DNA from: Coleofasciculus sp. B1-GNL1-01 | Lineage (GTDB): Bacteria; Cyanobacteriota; Cyanobacteriia; Cyanobacteriales; Coleofasciculaceae | Assembly (NCBI GenBank): GCA_040220235.1 | Contig: JAVJTO010000119.1 | Direction: 5' to 3' (one strand) | Length of the DNA: 64,000 nt | Shown: one piece after another, positions 10,546 through 19,843 of the stretch | Position numbering within the stretch: the first letter of the stretch is position 1 | Layout: the number at the start of each line of letters is the position of its first letter | Notes under the pieces: model-generated | Database searches by the model: none | Told to the model about the DNA's origin: nothing | The model's input: the letters and a program-made list of their open reading frames with translations, nothing else | Position numbers and translations under genes: made by a program

Positions 10546-11535
10546 ATGAATGACATCTTACCCAAACCAACATTCAGTGTAGCGTTAACCAAGTCCGTAC
10601 ATTATCGGGCAAACCAGTTGGCAAAACAGCAGTCTAATCCTAAAATAGCGCAACAAATTTACCTTGCTATTCTCGCCATAAATGCTGTTAATTTTTACTG
10701 TCAGTGTATGGGAATTGAGACATATTTATCAGGAAATTGCAGCCAAAATTTAGCAAAATCAACGCCTACAGACATTGCCGATTTATTACTCAAAAATATA
10801 GGGACAATAAAGTGCCTTCCAGTCTGCTCAGAGTCGCAGGTGGTTAAGATTCCTGCTGAACTTAAGGGAAACCAAATTGGCTATTTAGTTGTGCAGTTCA
10901 ACGAATCTCTCACCGAAGGAACACTACTGGGATTTGTCAAAACAGTGAAAACATCAGAGTTACCGTTGATTCAGTTAGGTTCCCTGGAAGACTTTCTGGA
11001 GGAGATAGAAACCCTGATGACACTAATCAACTTGAGTCAGTGGTTTGAGAATATCTTTGAGGGAGGTTGGCAAAATTTTACCGCCGCGTTTAAACCCTCA
11101 GCACCGCAACCCGCATGGCGTTTTATGCCAAAGCCACGTCAAGTCACTCCTGTTTCTCACAACAATAGGCAAGGAAAGGACTCAGAGAGTTTTCCAAGTC
11201 AATTGGGAATGAGGAGGTCTAGAGTGACAGGAGTTAAACCCATAAAATTAGGCACAAACCAGACGGATTACGTCCTAGACTTAGTTGTCAGTTTAACCGA
11301 AATCGTCGAGAAAAAAATGGATATAGAAGTGCAAATTCATCCCCGCGATCGCGAAACTCTCCCCCTGGGTCTAACCTTGAGCATAATTGATGAAGCCGGA
11401 CAAGTGTTTTCCGAACGTTCAGCCAGGATCAATTCGACTATACTCACCAAACGATTTCGCGGTAAACTCAAAGAACAGTTTACGCTAAAATTATCGTTGG
11501 CAGAAGCCAGCTTCACCGAAAACTTTGCGGTCTAA
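10546..11535 (+). CDS. DUF1822 family protein
   Basis: QQIYLAILAINAVNFY, DIADLLL..IG.IKCLPV, IGYLVVQF...GTLLGFV, INLSQWFENIFEGGWQ, VQIHP..LP.GL.L, FTENFAV. Confidence 0.85.
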   Translation: MNDILPKPTFSVALTKSVHYRANQLAKQQSNPKIAQQIYLAILAINAVNFYCQCMGIETYLSGNCSQNLAKSTPTDIADLLLKNIGTIKCLPVCSESQVVKIPAELKGNQIGYLVVQFNESLTEGTLLGFVKTVKTSELPLIQLGSLEDFLEEIETLMTLINLSQWFENIFEGGWQNFTAAFKPSAPQPAWRFMPKPRQVTPVSHNNRQGKDSESFPSQLGMRRSRVTGVKPIKLGTNQTDYVLDLVVSLTEIVEKKMDIEVQIHPRDRETLPLGLTLSIIDEAGQVFSERSARINSTILTKRFRGKLKEQFTLKLSLAEASFTENFAV

Positions 11536-11562
11536 CGGCGTTGAGAGTGAAAGGAGTCGGTA

Positions 11563-14151
11563 ATGAGTCGAGTGGTATGTTTAACCCTTGATGGTGATGT
11601 TGACAGGGGAATTCGAGTCATCCTGGAATGGGGGGAGAAAGGTTACTCTTACCAAGGGAGAATTAGCGGACGTTTACCGGCTAACCCTGAGATTACCCAA
11701 CTCTATCAACATTGGCAGATCAATTATCGCCAACTTGAGGAAATTTACCGCAGTCCCCGCTTAGAAGAACTCCCTGATTACAATACCTCTAGAGAGGACT
11801 GTCAACAAGTCGCGGATCAGTTGAAAGAGAAGATCAACCAATGGCTCAACGCGACATCCAATGAATTTCATCGCATCCGGGAGAATTTAGCCGTTCAGTT
11901 AAATAACTATAAAGACAATGACATTCGAGTCTTGATTCAGACTGACAACCCTCAGCTTCAGCAATTACCTTGGCATCTCTGGGATTTTTGGGAACGTCAC
12001 GGTTCGGTTGAAATTATCTTAAGTACGTTTGAGTATCAGGCAATTCGACAAAAACAACTAAAAAACCAAATCAGACTCTTAGCTATTTTCGGCAAAAATG
12101 ATGGAATCGATATCATCTTTGACGAACAAGTTTTAAAGAAAACACCGGGGATAGATTCCTGCTTGCTTCAGAAACCGACACGAGATCAGTTAGAAAATAG
12201 GCTTCACGATGAACAAGGGTGGGATATCTTCTTCTTTGCGGGTCATAGTTCTACCGAAGAGGATGGTAGCACAGGTAGACTTTATCTGAATGAAACGGAA
12301 AGTCTGACCGTTGATGAGTTACAAAACGCTCTATCAACTGCCATAAAAAAACGTTTGAGTTTAGCTATTTTTAATAGCTGTGACGGATTGGGGTTAGCTA
12401 AGGTGTTAGCTGACTTAAAGATTCCCCAAGTCATTGTGATGAGAGAACCCGTACCCGATGAAGTCGCCCATAAATTCCTGACCTTTTTTATCGAGAACTT
12501 TTCCCAGGGTGTCTCCCTTCAGAATGCAGTTAGTATCGCTAGAAAAAGACTGGAATCGATAGAGGATCGACTGCCTTACGCGACCTGGTTACCTGTGATG
12601 TATCAACATCCAACTGCCGCTTCTTTTACCTGGACTCCACCAAGGAATAAGTGGCAAAGGCTTGGTTTAAGATTTGGCTTGGGATTAGCCGTCGTTTTAT
12701 CTACACTGATGAGCTTTGATAAACTTGCCATAGAACCGGGGAAAACTTGTCCTCCCCATCAGGGGGACTCGATAAGTTGTGGAGAAGAAATTCTGCTGCA
12801 ACGTTTACCCCCACGGTTAAAGGAAAGGGGGGTCAAATTATTAGCGGAATCGAAGTATACAGAAGCGATTGAGTTGCTTGAGAAATCATGGCAGAAAGAG
12901 AACAGAGACCCGGAAACATTAATTTACTTAAACAATGCGCTGCTGCAAGCCCAAGGCGCAAAATTCTACACCATTGCTGCTGTCGTTCCCGTGATTCAAA
13001 GGCAGAATGAATCTACATCCGTAACCGATTCAGAATTAGCTCAAGAAATTTTGAGGGGCGTTGCCCAATTACAAACGGAAGTCAATTTGGGTCTCTTTGA
13101 GGGTAAGGAAAAACTCGTTGAGAACTTTCCCGGCTATAAGTTTCTGCCCAAGCAAGCGATTAAGAATCAGATAGGTCTGAGAGTTGTCATAACTGATGAT
13201 AGTAATGATACAGAAGCCGCCAAGCAAAGGGCAGAGGCACTGGTGAAACAGCAAGAGATTCTGGGTGTTGTCGGACACTACACTAGCGAGTCAACGGTAG
13301 CCGCGATTGATGTTTACCAAGAAAACAAATTGGTCGTGATATCTCCGGGTACGACTACTGAAGAACTGACAGAAGAGCCGAAAGATGTTTTTTTTCGGAC
13401 TGTTCATAGTAATCGAGTGGAGGCAAAGTATTTAGCCGATTACCTACGTAACGAAGCGGGTCAAAAACAAGCGGTTGTCTTTTACAATCCCAATAGCCCC
13501 TTCACCAGCTCGCTGCGACAGGAGTTTGAAACTCGGTTCAAAGAAAAGGGCGGAACGGTTGTTAACGTAAAAGAGTTTAATTTGTCGAAGAAGAATTTCA
13601 ATGTCGAAAAAGCTATTACTGAAGTCAACCAACAAGCTGGGGAAACAGCGCTGGTTTTACTTCCAGATGGTCAAGTGACGGATTCTCTTTTCCATGCCAT
13701 TGATTTGGTCAAGGTTAATAATGGTGATAATTGGATAGTAGGAAGCTGGTCTCTCTACGGTCCGAAGAGTCTCGCCATTGCCGATTTAAAACCCTTTGAC
13801 AAGTTCGTTTTATTTTCGCCTTGGCTGGGCTTGAGTAGTCCCAATCAAGAATTCATTCAAAACGCTCGTGACTTGTGGGGAGGAGAGGTTAGTGCGAGAA
13901 CGGCTCTCACCTATGATGCGGCTCGTGCCCACAGGCAAGCTTTAGCCATGCAAGATAAACCTACACGCATAGGCATGAAAGAAACATTAATGGCTTCTAA
14001 CTTTAGTGCTGAAGGAGCAACCGGAACCATTAAGTTTGAACCGAATGGTAATCGCTGGAATCCGCCAGGATTATTAGTACAGGTTGTACCCTGTAGTAAC
14101 CGACATTACGGTTTAGCATTTGTTCCGATTGAGTCTCCCTATTGTCGGTAA
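11563..14151 (+). CDS. CHAT (caspase-like) protease - TM - type 1 periplasmic binding domain (LivJ-like) fusion
   Basis: LQQLPWHLW, FFFAGHS (His), IFNSCDGL (Cys); TM LGLRFGLGLAVVLSTLM; ILRGVAQ, GVVGHYTS, FFRTV, ALTYDA, AEGATGTIKF. Confidence 0.9.
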   Translation: MSRVVCLTLDGDVDRGIRVILEWGEKGYSYQGRISGRLPANPEITQLYQHWQINYRQLEEIYRSPRLEELPDYNTSREDCQQVADQLKEKINQWLNATSNEFHRIRENLAVQLNNYKDNDIRVLIQTDNPQLQQLPWHLWDFWERHGSVEIILSTFEYQAIRQKQLKNQIRLLAIFGKNDGIDIIFDEQVLKKTPGIDSCLLQKPTRDQLENRLHDEQGWDIFFFAGHSSTEEDGSTGRLYLNETESLTVDELQNALSTAIKKRLSLAIFNSCDGLGLAKVLADLKIPQVIVMREPVPDEVAHKFLTFFIENFSQGVSLQNAVSIARKRLESIEDRLPYATWLPVMYQHPTAASFTWTPPRNKWQRLGLRFGLGLAVVLSTLMSFDKLAIEPGKTCPPHQGDSISCGEEILLQRLPPRLKERGVKLLAESKYTEAIELLEKSWQKENRDPETLIYLNNALLQAQGAKFYTIAAVVPVIQRQNESTSVTDSELAQEILRGVAQLQTEVNLGLFEGKEKLVENFPGYKFLPKQAIKNQIGLRVVITDDSNDTEAAKQRAEALVKQQEILGVVGHYTSESTVAAIDVYQENKLVVISPGTTTEELTEEPKDVFFRTVHSNRVEAKYLADYLRNEAGQKQAVVFYNPNSPFTSSLRQEFETRFKEKGGTVVNVKEFNLSKKNFNVEKAITEVNQQAGETALVLLPDGQVTDSLFHAIDLVKVNNGDNWIVGSWSLYGPKSLAIADLKPFDKFVLFSPWLGLSSPNQEFIQNARDLWGGEVSARTALTYDAARAHRQALAMQDKPTRIGMKETLMASNFSAEGATGTIKFEPNGNRWNPPGLLVQVVPCSNRHYGLAFVPIESPYCR

Positions 14152-14186
14152 CCCGATTAGTTAGAGCGCCTCTAAAATAGCCAATC

Positions 14187-14292
14187 ATATCATGTCCTAA
14201 CGATTACCCATAATTAGGACAGACGCTCCAGACGCTCCAGACACGGAGACGCGGAGAAATTTTTATTAGGGGTGTTTGACCGGACATGATAT
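14187..14292. mobile_element. MITE-like element with 11-bp terminal inverted repeats
   Basis: ATATCATGTCC (14187-14197) / GGACATGATAT (14282-14292); short internal repeats (agacgctcc)x2. Confidence 0.55.
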
Positions 14293-14294
14293 CA

Positions 14295-14319
14295 GTAGAG
14301 ACGTTCCGGCGGAACGTCT
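14295..14319. repeat. GTAG-type REP palindrome (family also at 247-265, 16216-16243, 18960-18983, 19724-19747, 28930-28952, 44896-44924)
   Basis: GTAG + AGACGTTCC-ggc-GGAACGTCT; most of the other copies have GTAG (or CTAC) beside a GC-rich palindrome. Confidence 0.7.
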
Positions 14320-14343
14320 GAGATCAGGGAAATTCCGTTGTCG

Positions 14344-14544
14344 TTAATCCCGCCTTAAATCTCCCCGATCATCACTGGGATCATTGGGCATTTGCGGTGT
14401 TACGGCTGGATTGTCTACAGTTTCCTCAGGATTGCGATCGGCAATATAACCGGGTTTCATGGCTAAATCCTTTGGGTCAACCGTTGGAGTTTGCTCTGAA
14501 GCCTTTTCCTGTTCCGGTGATGTGTTATTTGGGTCTGAACTCAT
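14344..14544 (-). CDS. small acidic, disordered hypothetical protein
   Basis: 66-aa ATG ORF with a plausible hydrophilic composition. Confidence 0.55.
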   Translation of the reverse strand: MSSDPNNTSPEQEKASEQTPTVDPKDLAMKPGYIADRNPEETVDNPAVTPQMPNDPSDDRGDLRRD

Positions 14545-14633
14545 TACAGCCTAATCGTTTCAACAGCTTTACCTTAACCCCTTCATCGGCAAAGCTGTAC
14601 TATCGCAAGGCAGAAATTCTACCTTTTTGCACT

Positions 14634-14707
14634 AGAAACCGGATTTCTCGTGAGGATAACAACTCCATATCAACCTTTCCCCCCCAGAAACCGGGTTTCT
14701 CTTGACC
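14634..14707. repeat. dispersed ~70-bp repeat with AGAAACCGGGTTTCT palindromic ends (copy 1)
   Basis: Similar to 54760-54830 (tttctcgtgag..acaact..atatc..ttt..cccc..agaaac..ggtttct..ttgacc). Confidence 0.7.
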
Positions 14708-14757
14708 GATGTCCTACATTCTCACCACGTCAAAGTGCAAAGAGCATAACACAGGTG

Positions 14758-15411
14758 TCAGAATAGACTCCAACTCTGATTACCGCCCATGTAGTTGAAG
14801 AGAATAAAAGGAAACCCCACAAGATAGTGGGCAACTACAGGACCAGAAATACTTCTGAACTTCCAGTAATTTTTCCCCCATAGCCAGCCCAACAGCCAGG
14901 TTCCAGCCACGATTAGAACACTACGAAAGTAAATGTGGGAGAAAGCAAAAAGACTGGCAGAGCAGAGTATCACAGCTCTCTCATGAGAGCCAATTATTTT
15001 TTCTAACATCAGGAAAGCGAATCCTCTCCATACCAGCTCTTGAAATACCGACATACCCAAATACCAGCCATAGTAACTGAACTCTAGATACAGAGAACGA
15101 GGATAACCTAAAAACCAAGGGAGCAAAGCCAAAAAGATACAACCTAACAAAAGTACGGACAAAGTAGAGGGTAGTATCTCGCGTACTGATGAAAGCTCTA
15201 GCGAAAGCCCTAGTTTATGTGGAGCAACTCTGTTGATAGACACATAGATCATCATGACGACTGTTGGAAAGCCGCCTAGGGTGAGAAAGAAAAACTGTCT
15301 GGTCAAAAAATCTGAATAGAGCAGCAGAGAGGGCACGACAAAAGCAATGAATAATAGCCAGATTTCTGGTTTCAATACTTTTATTTGTTGTAGCCATCTG
15401 AGTTTAAACAC
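14758..15411 (-). CDS. CPBP/Abi (CAAX prenyl protease-like) intramembrane metalloprotease
   Basis: [19 protein letters not shown] motifs; GTG at 15411 with an AAGGGG RBS. Confidence 0.85.
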   Translation of the reverse strand: MFKLRWLQQIKVLKPEIWLLFIAFVVPSLLLYSDFLTRQFFFLTLGGFPTVVMMIYVSINRVAPHKLGLSLELSSVREILPSTLSVLLLGCIFLALLPWFLGYPRSLYLEFSYYGWYLGMSVFQELVWRGFAFLMLEKIIGSHERAVILCSASLFAFSHIYFRSVLIVAGTWLLGWLWGKNYWKFRSISGPVVAHYLVGFPFILFNYMGGNQSWSLF

Positions 15412-15422
15412 AATTAATCCCC

Positions 15423-15551
15423 TTAGAACAGGAAATTCGCGATCGCAAAAAAGCCGAAGCTGAACTGGAAAAGGCAAAAGACGTTGCCGAAGCTGCCAAC
15501 CGCGCTAAAAGCACCTTCCTTGCCAACATGAGTCATGTATTGCGATCGCCC
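15423..15551 (+). pseudogene. orphan fragment of a hybrid histidine kinase (coiled coil + HisKA H-box)
   Basis: [43 protein letters not shown]; no start codon; homology ends at a HIP1 site. Confidence 0.85.
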
Positions 15552-16163
15552 TCACTCTCCCTCCAAGATTCCCAGCAGGATTCTGACTAAGCTATCCAAG
15601 TCATCCGGTACTTTAAACAAATTGATATCTTGAGTAATTTGTTGTTGACGGCGTTCCAGTTTACCAAACCGCCAAACATCACCCATTGTCACCGCCCCAT
15701 AAAACACATTTTGTTCCTCAATATGGGATAGAGCAATTAACTCAACAGCTAACTGAGTAAATCCTCTAGTCAGGTCATCATTTTTGGCTTCAACAACGAC
15801 CAAGTTATTCCTTGAACGCAATAGATAATCAAGATTGCCCTTGAGCCAGTTGTTGACGGTTAAAGGATATTCAATTCGCATTTGGCATTGGCAATAACAA
15901 ATCACCTCCAACATAATTGGAGATACTAATGTTTCTCTTCGGGCTGTTTCATTACTAAGACTGATAAAAGGCAAGACAGTTCTTATTTTTTGCTTGAGTT
16001 CTGGCAGTCGGTCTAGCTGCTTAGTCGTTTTAGGTAGAGATAACTCGGCTCTTGCGAGTGAGTAGTCGAACTCAGCTAAAATATCATCCGCTTCATAGGG
16101 TAACTCGAAGTAAGACCGAAAAGTGTAGGACTGACCCTCTTGCAGGATTTTGATTTTCGCCAT
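15552..16163 (-). CDS. PD-(D/E)XK-like hypothetical protein (HsdR N-terminal-like)
   Basis: [49 protein letters not shown]. Confidence 0.75.
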   Translation of the reverse strand: MAKIKILQEGQSYTFRSYFELPYEADDILAEFDYSLARAELSLPKTTKQLDRLPELKQKIRTVLPFISLSNETARRETLVSPIMLEVICYCQCQMRIEYPLTVNNWLKGNLDYLLRSRNNLVVVEAKNDDLTRGFTQLAVELIALSHIEEQNVFYGAVTMGDVWRFGKLERRQQQITQDINLFKVPDDLDSLVRILLGILEGE

Positions 16164-16271
16164 AGCGCGTTCACCTTCTCCACAATTTCCATCATGACTT
16201 TTAACGGGACTTATAGTAGGGACACGATCTGTCGTATCCCTACCGATCGCACATTTTGAATAGATGGATGC

Positions 16272-16637
16272 CTAACGCGCCGCTTTAGCTCTAGATGTCT
16301 CCGGCGGCATACTCTCCAGACTGAGGGGTACCATATCGCCGTTAAACGTCAGTCCTAATAACATCGGTTCCTGGGGTTGAATAAACTTGCCCGTGAGGAC
16401 ACACCGTTCTTCTTGCTGCGCGGTAGCCCGAATGCTGGCTCTGATATCGTAGACGGAAAAGTTGGGTCGATAATCGCCTGACTTATGCTGGACATAGTTC
16501 CAGAGGATATCTCGAATCAGGGCTTGATAGCCTTGGTTGCCTGACAGATCCTTGAGCTTCTCCTTTAACTCTCTCTCCAAGCGGATACTGGTGACTTCCA
16601 TGTCAGTGGTTGAAGTCTTAGGCGCAGTACGTATCAT
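16272..16637 (-). CDS. trcR: ribbon-helix-helix repressor, TrcR-like
   Basis: MEVTSIRLERELKEKLKDLSGNQGYQALIRDILWNYV RHH motif; divergent from HNH + alr0857-family genes as recalled for Anabaena all0854; operator-like box upstream. Confidence 0.75.
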   Translation of the reverse strand: MIRTAPKTSTTDMEVTSIRLERELKEKLKDLSGNQGYQALIRDILWNYVQHKSGDYRPNFSVYDIRASIRATAQQEERCVLTGKFIQPQEPMLLGLTFNGDMVPLSLESMPPETSRAKAAR

Positions 16638-16656
16638 GTTTTTTTCCTCAACAATG

Positions 16657-16685
16657 TGGACAGGTTCGTAATACAAGTGTAGTAT
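16657..16685 (+). promoter_or_regulatory. sigma70-type promoter overlapped by a putative TrcR operator
   Basis: TGGACA-N17-TAGTAT; box GTAATACAAGTGTAGTAT at 16668-16685 (reverse complement ATACTACACTTGTATTAC, recalled as the TrcR site; needs verification). Confidence 0.7.
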
Positions 16686-16709
16686 TTAAAAAGCAGTATT
16701 GAAACAAAT

Positions 16710-17018
16710 TACCTCCTGTGAGCCTTCATCTATCCTTCTCCACCCCTTGCCCTGATACCAGTCGCCTCGGCGATTGGCGCTCAGCGGGTTTGTCGGTGGA
16801 GTTTTTTATTGGGGATGGATATCGCTGGATAGAACAGGGTACAGCCCAAATCGGAACCCTCTTTAATTCTGAGGCTGAGCATTTAACAACCATCAATCCA
16901 AAACCGGATTACAACAGCGGGAGGTACAGGCGCATCCAAGCCGTACCGATATAGGACAAGAAAACCATACCGTTTTTCAAATCCCCCGCTCTGACTCAAA
17001 CAGCAGCGGGGTTTCTTA
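16710..17018 (+). ncRNA. candidate structured leader RNA upstream of the HNH gene
   Basis: Nested helices tacctcctg/cgggaggta, atctatcctt/ggggatggat, ctccacc/ggtggag, ccagtcgcc/ggcgattgg; terminator-like ccccgct..agcgggg-tttctt before the HNH RBS. Confidence 0.5.
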
Positions 17019-17036
17019 TACCAAGGAGTAAAAAGC

Positions 17037-17555
17037 GTGACGAGTGTAACTGACGGATTAAGGCGTTCAGTGGTGGTGTTCTCCAAGAACTACCTACCCC
17101 TCAGTCGAGTCAATATGAAGCGGGCGGTGACGCTTTTGATTACGGGCAAAGCCGAACCGCTAGATTGGTTGAGTGGTCAAGGATATCCGGTGCATTCACC
17201 CAGCTTAGTCTTGCTGGTTCCCGAACAGATTCGCTTGACCAAAGCCAATTGCGATCGCGTCTGGAAAGTCCCGCCCGTAAATCGCCGGGAAGTCTTACGT
17301 CGGGATAAGCATCGTTGCCAATACTGTGGTAGCCCAAAACGGCTCACCCTCGACCATGTTATCCCCCGCTCTAAGGGCGGAAACCATCGTTGGGACAATG
17401 TAGTTACTGCCTGCCAATCGTGCAATAGTCAAAAAGGCGATCGCACGCCTGAGCAAGCGGGAATGACTCTACTCACCCAGCCCAAAGCGCCTATGCATCC
17501 CACTGTGGCATTTGCCGAACAGTTCTGGCGCGAACAGCACGTCCACCTGGAATAA
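17037..17555 (+). CDS. HNH endonuclease (McrA-like)
   Basis: RRDKHRCQYCG, LTLDHVIPRSKGG, WDNVVTACQSCNSQKG; AGGAG RBS. Confidence 0.95.
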   Translation: MTSVTDGLRRSVVVFSKNYLPLSRVNMKRAVTLLITGKAEPLDWLSGQGYPVHSPSLVLLVPEQIRLTKANCDRVWKVPPVNRREVLRRDKHRCQYCGSPKRLTLDHVIPRSKGGNHRWDNVVTACQSCNSQKGDRTPEQAGMTLLTQPKAPMHPTVAFAEQFWREQHVHLE

Positions 17556-17571
17556 TAGGAGATATCAGGTC

Positions 17572-17961
17572 ATGCTGAAACTTACTTATACTGAAAATAG
17601 CTTTTACCTCGAGCGTCTAGCGGGGTCTCTAGAGGAATGGGTGACTGCCCGAGTCATGTTGGCTCTACGAGCCGCGTCCAGTCTCTGGGTCGAATCTAGC
17701 ACCGCCTCGTTTTTACTGCCTGTTGATATGCCTCACTTGGCTGACTTGGAAAAGGCGGTTCGGCAACAACTAATCGATGAGATTTCTCTGTCGATTTGCG
17801 ATGCTGATTATATCGAAGTCACCCTGAAAGGTACTTGGATGACTTCTAATCCCCAGGGTGAAGAGGGTGTCTTTGTCGTCAAGTTAAGCGATCGCACCGA
17901 GTTTTTTCTCTGCAAGCTATGGCAGGAGTCGCAAACTTATGCCTCTGTTACCAATGAATAA
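17572..17961 (+). CDS. alr0857-family protein
   Basis: MLKLTYTENSFYLERL..SLEEWV..RV.LALR...STASFLLP..EVTLKGTW; AGGAG RBS before ATG 17572. Confidence 0.75.
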   Translation: MLKLTYTENSFYLERLAGSLEEWVTARVMLALRAASSLWVESSTASFLLPVDMPHLADLEKAVRQQLIDEISLSICDADYIEVTLKGTWMTSNPQGEEGVFVVKLSDRTEFFLCKLWQESQTYASVTNE

Positions 17962-17966
17962 GCGAG

Positions 17967-17993
17967 GGCGCACTACTGACAGTGCGCCTTTTC
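17967..17993 (+). terminator. intrinsic terminator of the HNH-alr0857 operon
   Basis: GGCGCACT-actgac-AGTGCGCC followed by TTTT, just after the stop codon. Confidence 0.65.
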
Positions 17994-18050
17994 TGTATCC
18001 GTCTTTTTCGGCTAAAGTGAGGCTGATAACCTTGCCAAATAAATAGAGCC

Positions 18051-18893
18051 ATGAATACCAAGGTACTACTCCCATTCTTAATCACCACCTTGCTGGTGAG
18101 TGGATCAGCAACACCGAGAATCGGGCGGGCTGAACCCCTGATTCAAGTCGCCCAATCCATTTGGAAACCCTTCTCCTCAGCCGAAGGCAATTTCACTGTC
18201 TTAATGCCCGGTACACCTCGCCAAGAACAGGACACAATTAACACTGAATTAGCTCCACTCAACTTGAAGTCATTTACCGTTGAACGTCCTAACGAAGCAA
18301 ACTACTTGGTAGCTTACTTTGATTTACCGGGGGATTTTAGCACTATGATCCAAACTTCGGGTCAAATCAATGAGTTTTTAACCGGAGTGGTGCTGGGATT
18401 ATCCGAAAGTATGGCTGGGCAACTCTTAAATCAGCAAACGATTAATTTAAATAATTATTCTGGCAAAGCATTTAGAATGCAGCACCCGGAAGGTGTTAGT
18501 GGTAGATATCGGCTTTATTTAGTCAATCAGCGGGTCTATTTATTAGGAGTCGCTACGTCCAAAGAAAACTATTTGCAAAAAAGTATTCAGGGCTTTTTTA
18601 ATTCCTTCCGACTGGCGGGAGGAGGTACCGGAACAGTTACTCCGGAAGGTGCTACTGGAACAGTTAGTTCCCCTCCAGCTAACCTCAATGCCCAATTGCG
18701 ACAAGCTGTTTGTACTCAAAACTGGTCACAAGCGATTAATGTGATCAATCGGATGATCGGTCAGATTGACTCCCAAGAGGTTCGGCAACAATTAGTTGAT
18801 TATAAACAAAAATTGCAAGGATTTGCCAGTTCCGATTCAGTGGTTCCCGCTAGTGAGTTACCCGATTGTTCGCCGGGAAATGGGGGTAATTAG
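18051..18893 (+). CDS. exported hypothetical protein (PsbP/DcrB-like alpha-beta domain + helical tail)
   Basis: Signal peptide; WKPFSSAEGNFTVLMPGTP...RLYLVNQRVY...FFNSF pattern. Confidence 0.7.
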   Translation: MNTKVLLPFLITTLLVSGSATPRIGRAEPLIQVAQSIWKPFSSAEGNFTVLMPGTPRQEQDTINTELAPLNLKSFTVERPNEANYLVAYFDLPGDFSTMIQTSGQINEFLTGVVLGLSESMAGQLLNQQTINLNNYSGKAFRMQHPEGVSGRYRLYLVNQRVYLLGVATSKENYLQKSIQGFFNSFRLAGGGTGTVTPEGATGTVSSPPANLNAQLRQAVCTQNWSQAINVINRMIGQIDSQEVRQQLVDYKQKLQGFASSDSVVPASELPDCSPGNGGN

Positions 18894-19024
18894 GGGTTGC
18901 TGAATAAGTTTTGTGGTGGGTTAGAGAGCAGGGGAAGCAGAGGGAGCAGGGGGAGCAATGTAGAGACGCGCCATGGCGCGTCTGGGAGCAAATAACAGAA
19001 TGAACAATCAACGATCAACAAAAT

Positions 19025-19519
19025 TTACTCCAGGTTCAACTGATTGATCACTTCTTGAACAATTACCTCTGGAGATTGGGAAGCGTCAATGTGGATGGCT
19101 TCAGCGGGAGTCGGTTCTTCTAAGGTTTCAAACTGACTTTGTAGCAGGCTTTCTTTCATAAAGTGGTTTTGCCGATGTTTAAGCCGTTTATAAATGAGTT
19201 CAAAGCTACCTTGTAGGTAAATAAACTGGACTTGTGAATCTTGAATCTGTAAAACTTGACGATAACTTGACTTGAGCGCTGAACAGGCTAATACTGTATT
19301 TTTACCTGCCATTATCCACCGATCAATGGCTGATCGCATCACCTCTAACCAGGGTTGTCTGTCTTGATCGTTGAGGGGTATTGCCTGTTTCATTTTCTCT
19401 TTGGCGACTTGAGTATGAAAGTCATCAGCATCCCGAAATTGCCATTCTAAGCGTTGAGCTAAGGCTTGACCTACCCTAGATTTGCCAGAGCCAGAAACTC
19501 CCATTACAATTATAATCAT
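19025..19519 (-). CDS. gntK: gluconokinase
   Basis: MGVSGSGKS, DADDFH, PLNDQDRQPWL, ACSALK, LLQSQFETLEEP. Confidence 0.95.
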   Translation of the reverse strand: MIIIVMGVSGSGKSRVGQALAQRLEWQFRDADDFHTQVAKEKMKQAIPLNDQDRQPWLEVMRSAIDRWIMAGKNTVLACSALKSSYRQVLQIQDSQVQFIYLQGSFELIYKRLKHRQNHFMKESLLQSQFETLEEPTPAEAIHIDASQSPEVIVQEVINQLNLE

Positions 19520-19843
19520 TTCTCAGTTCATTGACGGGCTGCGGACGTTTTAAATTCGCGTCTATTCTGAATAAGCTGTCATGCATTTACATAGGGTATT
19601 AGTAGCAAGGAAGATGCAAAGCCTGCGGCATGGCTTCGCTAAACGCACTACAATATTTTCGTCATTACTGACATTTAAATGCTGAACAGCTTAATTGATA
19701 ATAATTATAAACATTATGGGAAAGGGCGCATCGCGATGCGCCCCTACTGGGTTGGATATCCAGTCTTTCCCGTTCCCTGATTTCAATCACCAGAATAGCA
19801 CCCTGAATCGTGGTGATTTTCCTAACGTGCTGAAGTCGCATAG

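Noticed and set aside
15412..15477. N-terminal extension of the CPBP ORF from TTG 15477
   Set aside because: It is the antisense of the histidine-kinase fragment; GTG 15411 has the RBS
16718..17086. 78-aa (+) and 67-aa (-) ORFs in the trcR-HNH gap
   Set aside because: No RBS or motifs; the region is better explained by RNA structure, though a leader peptide is not excluded
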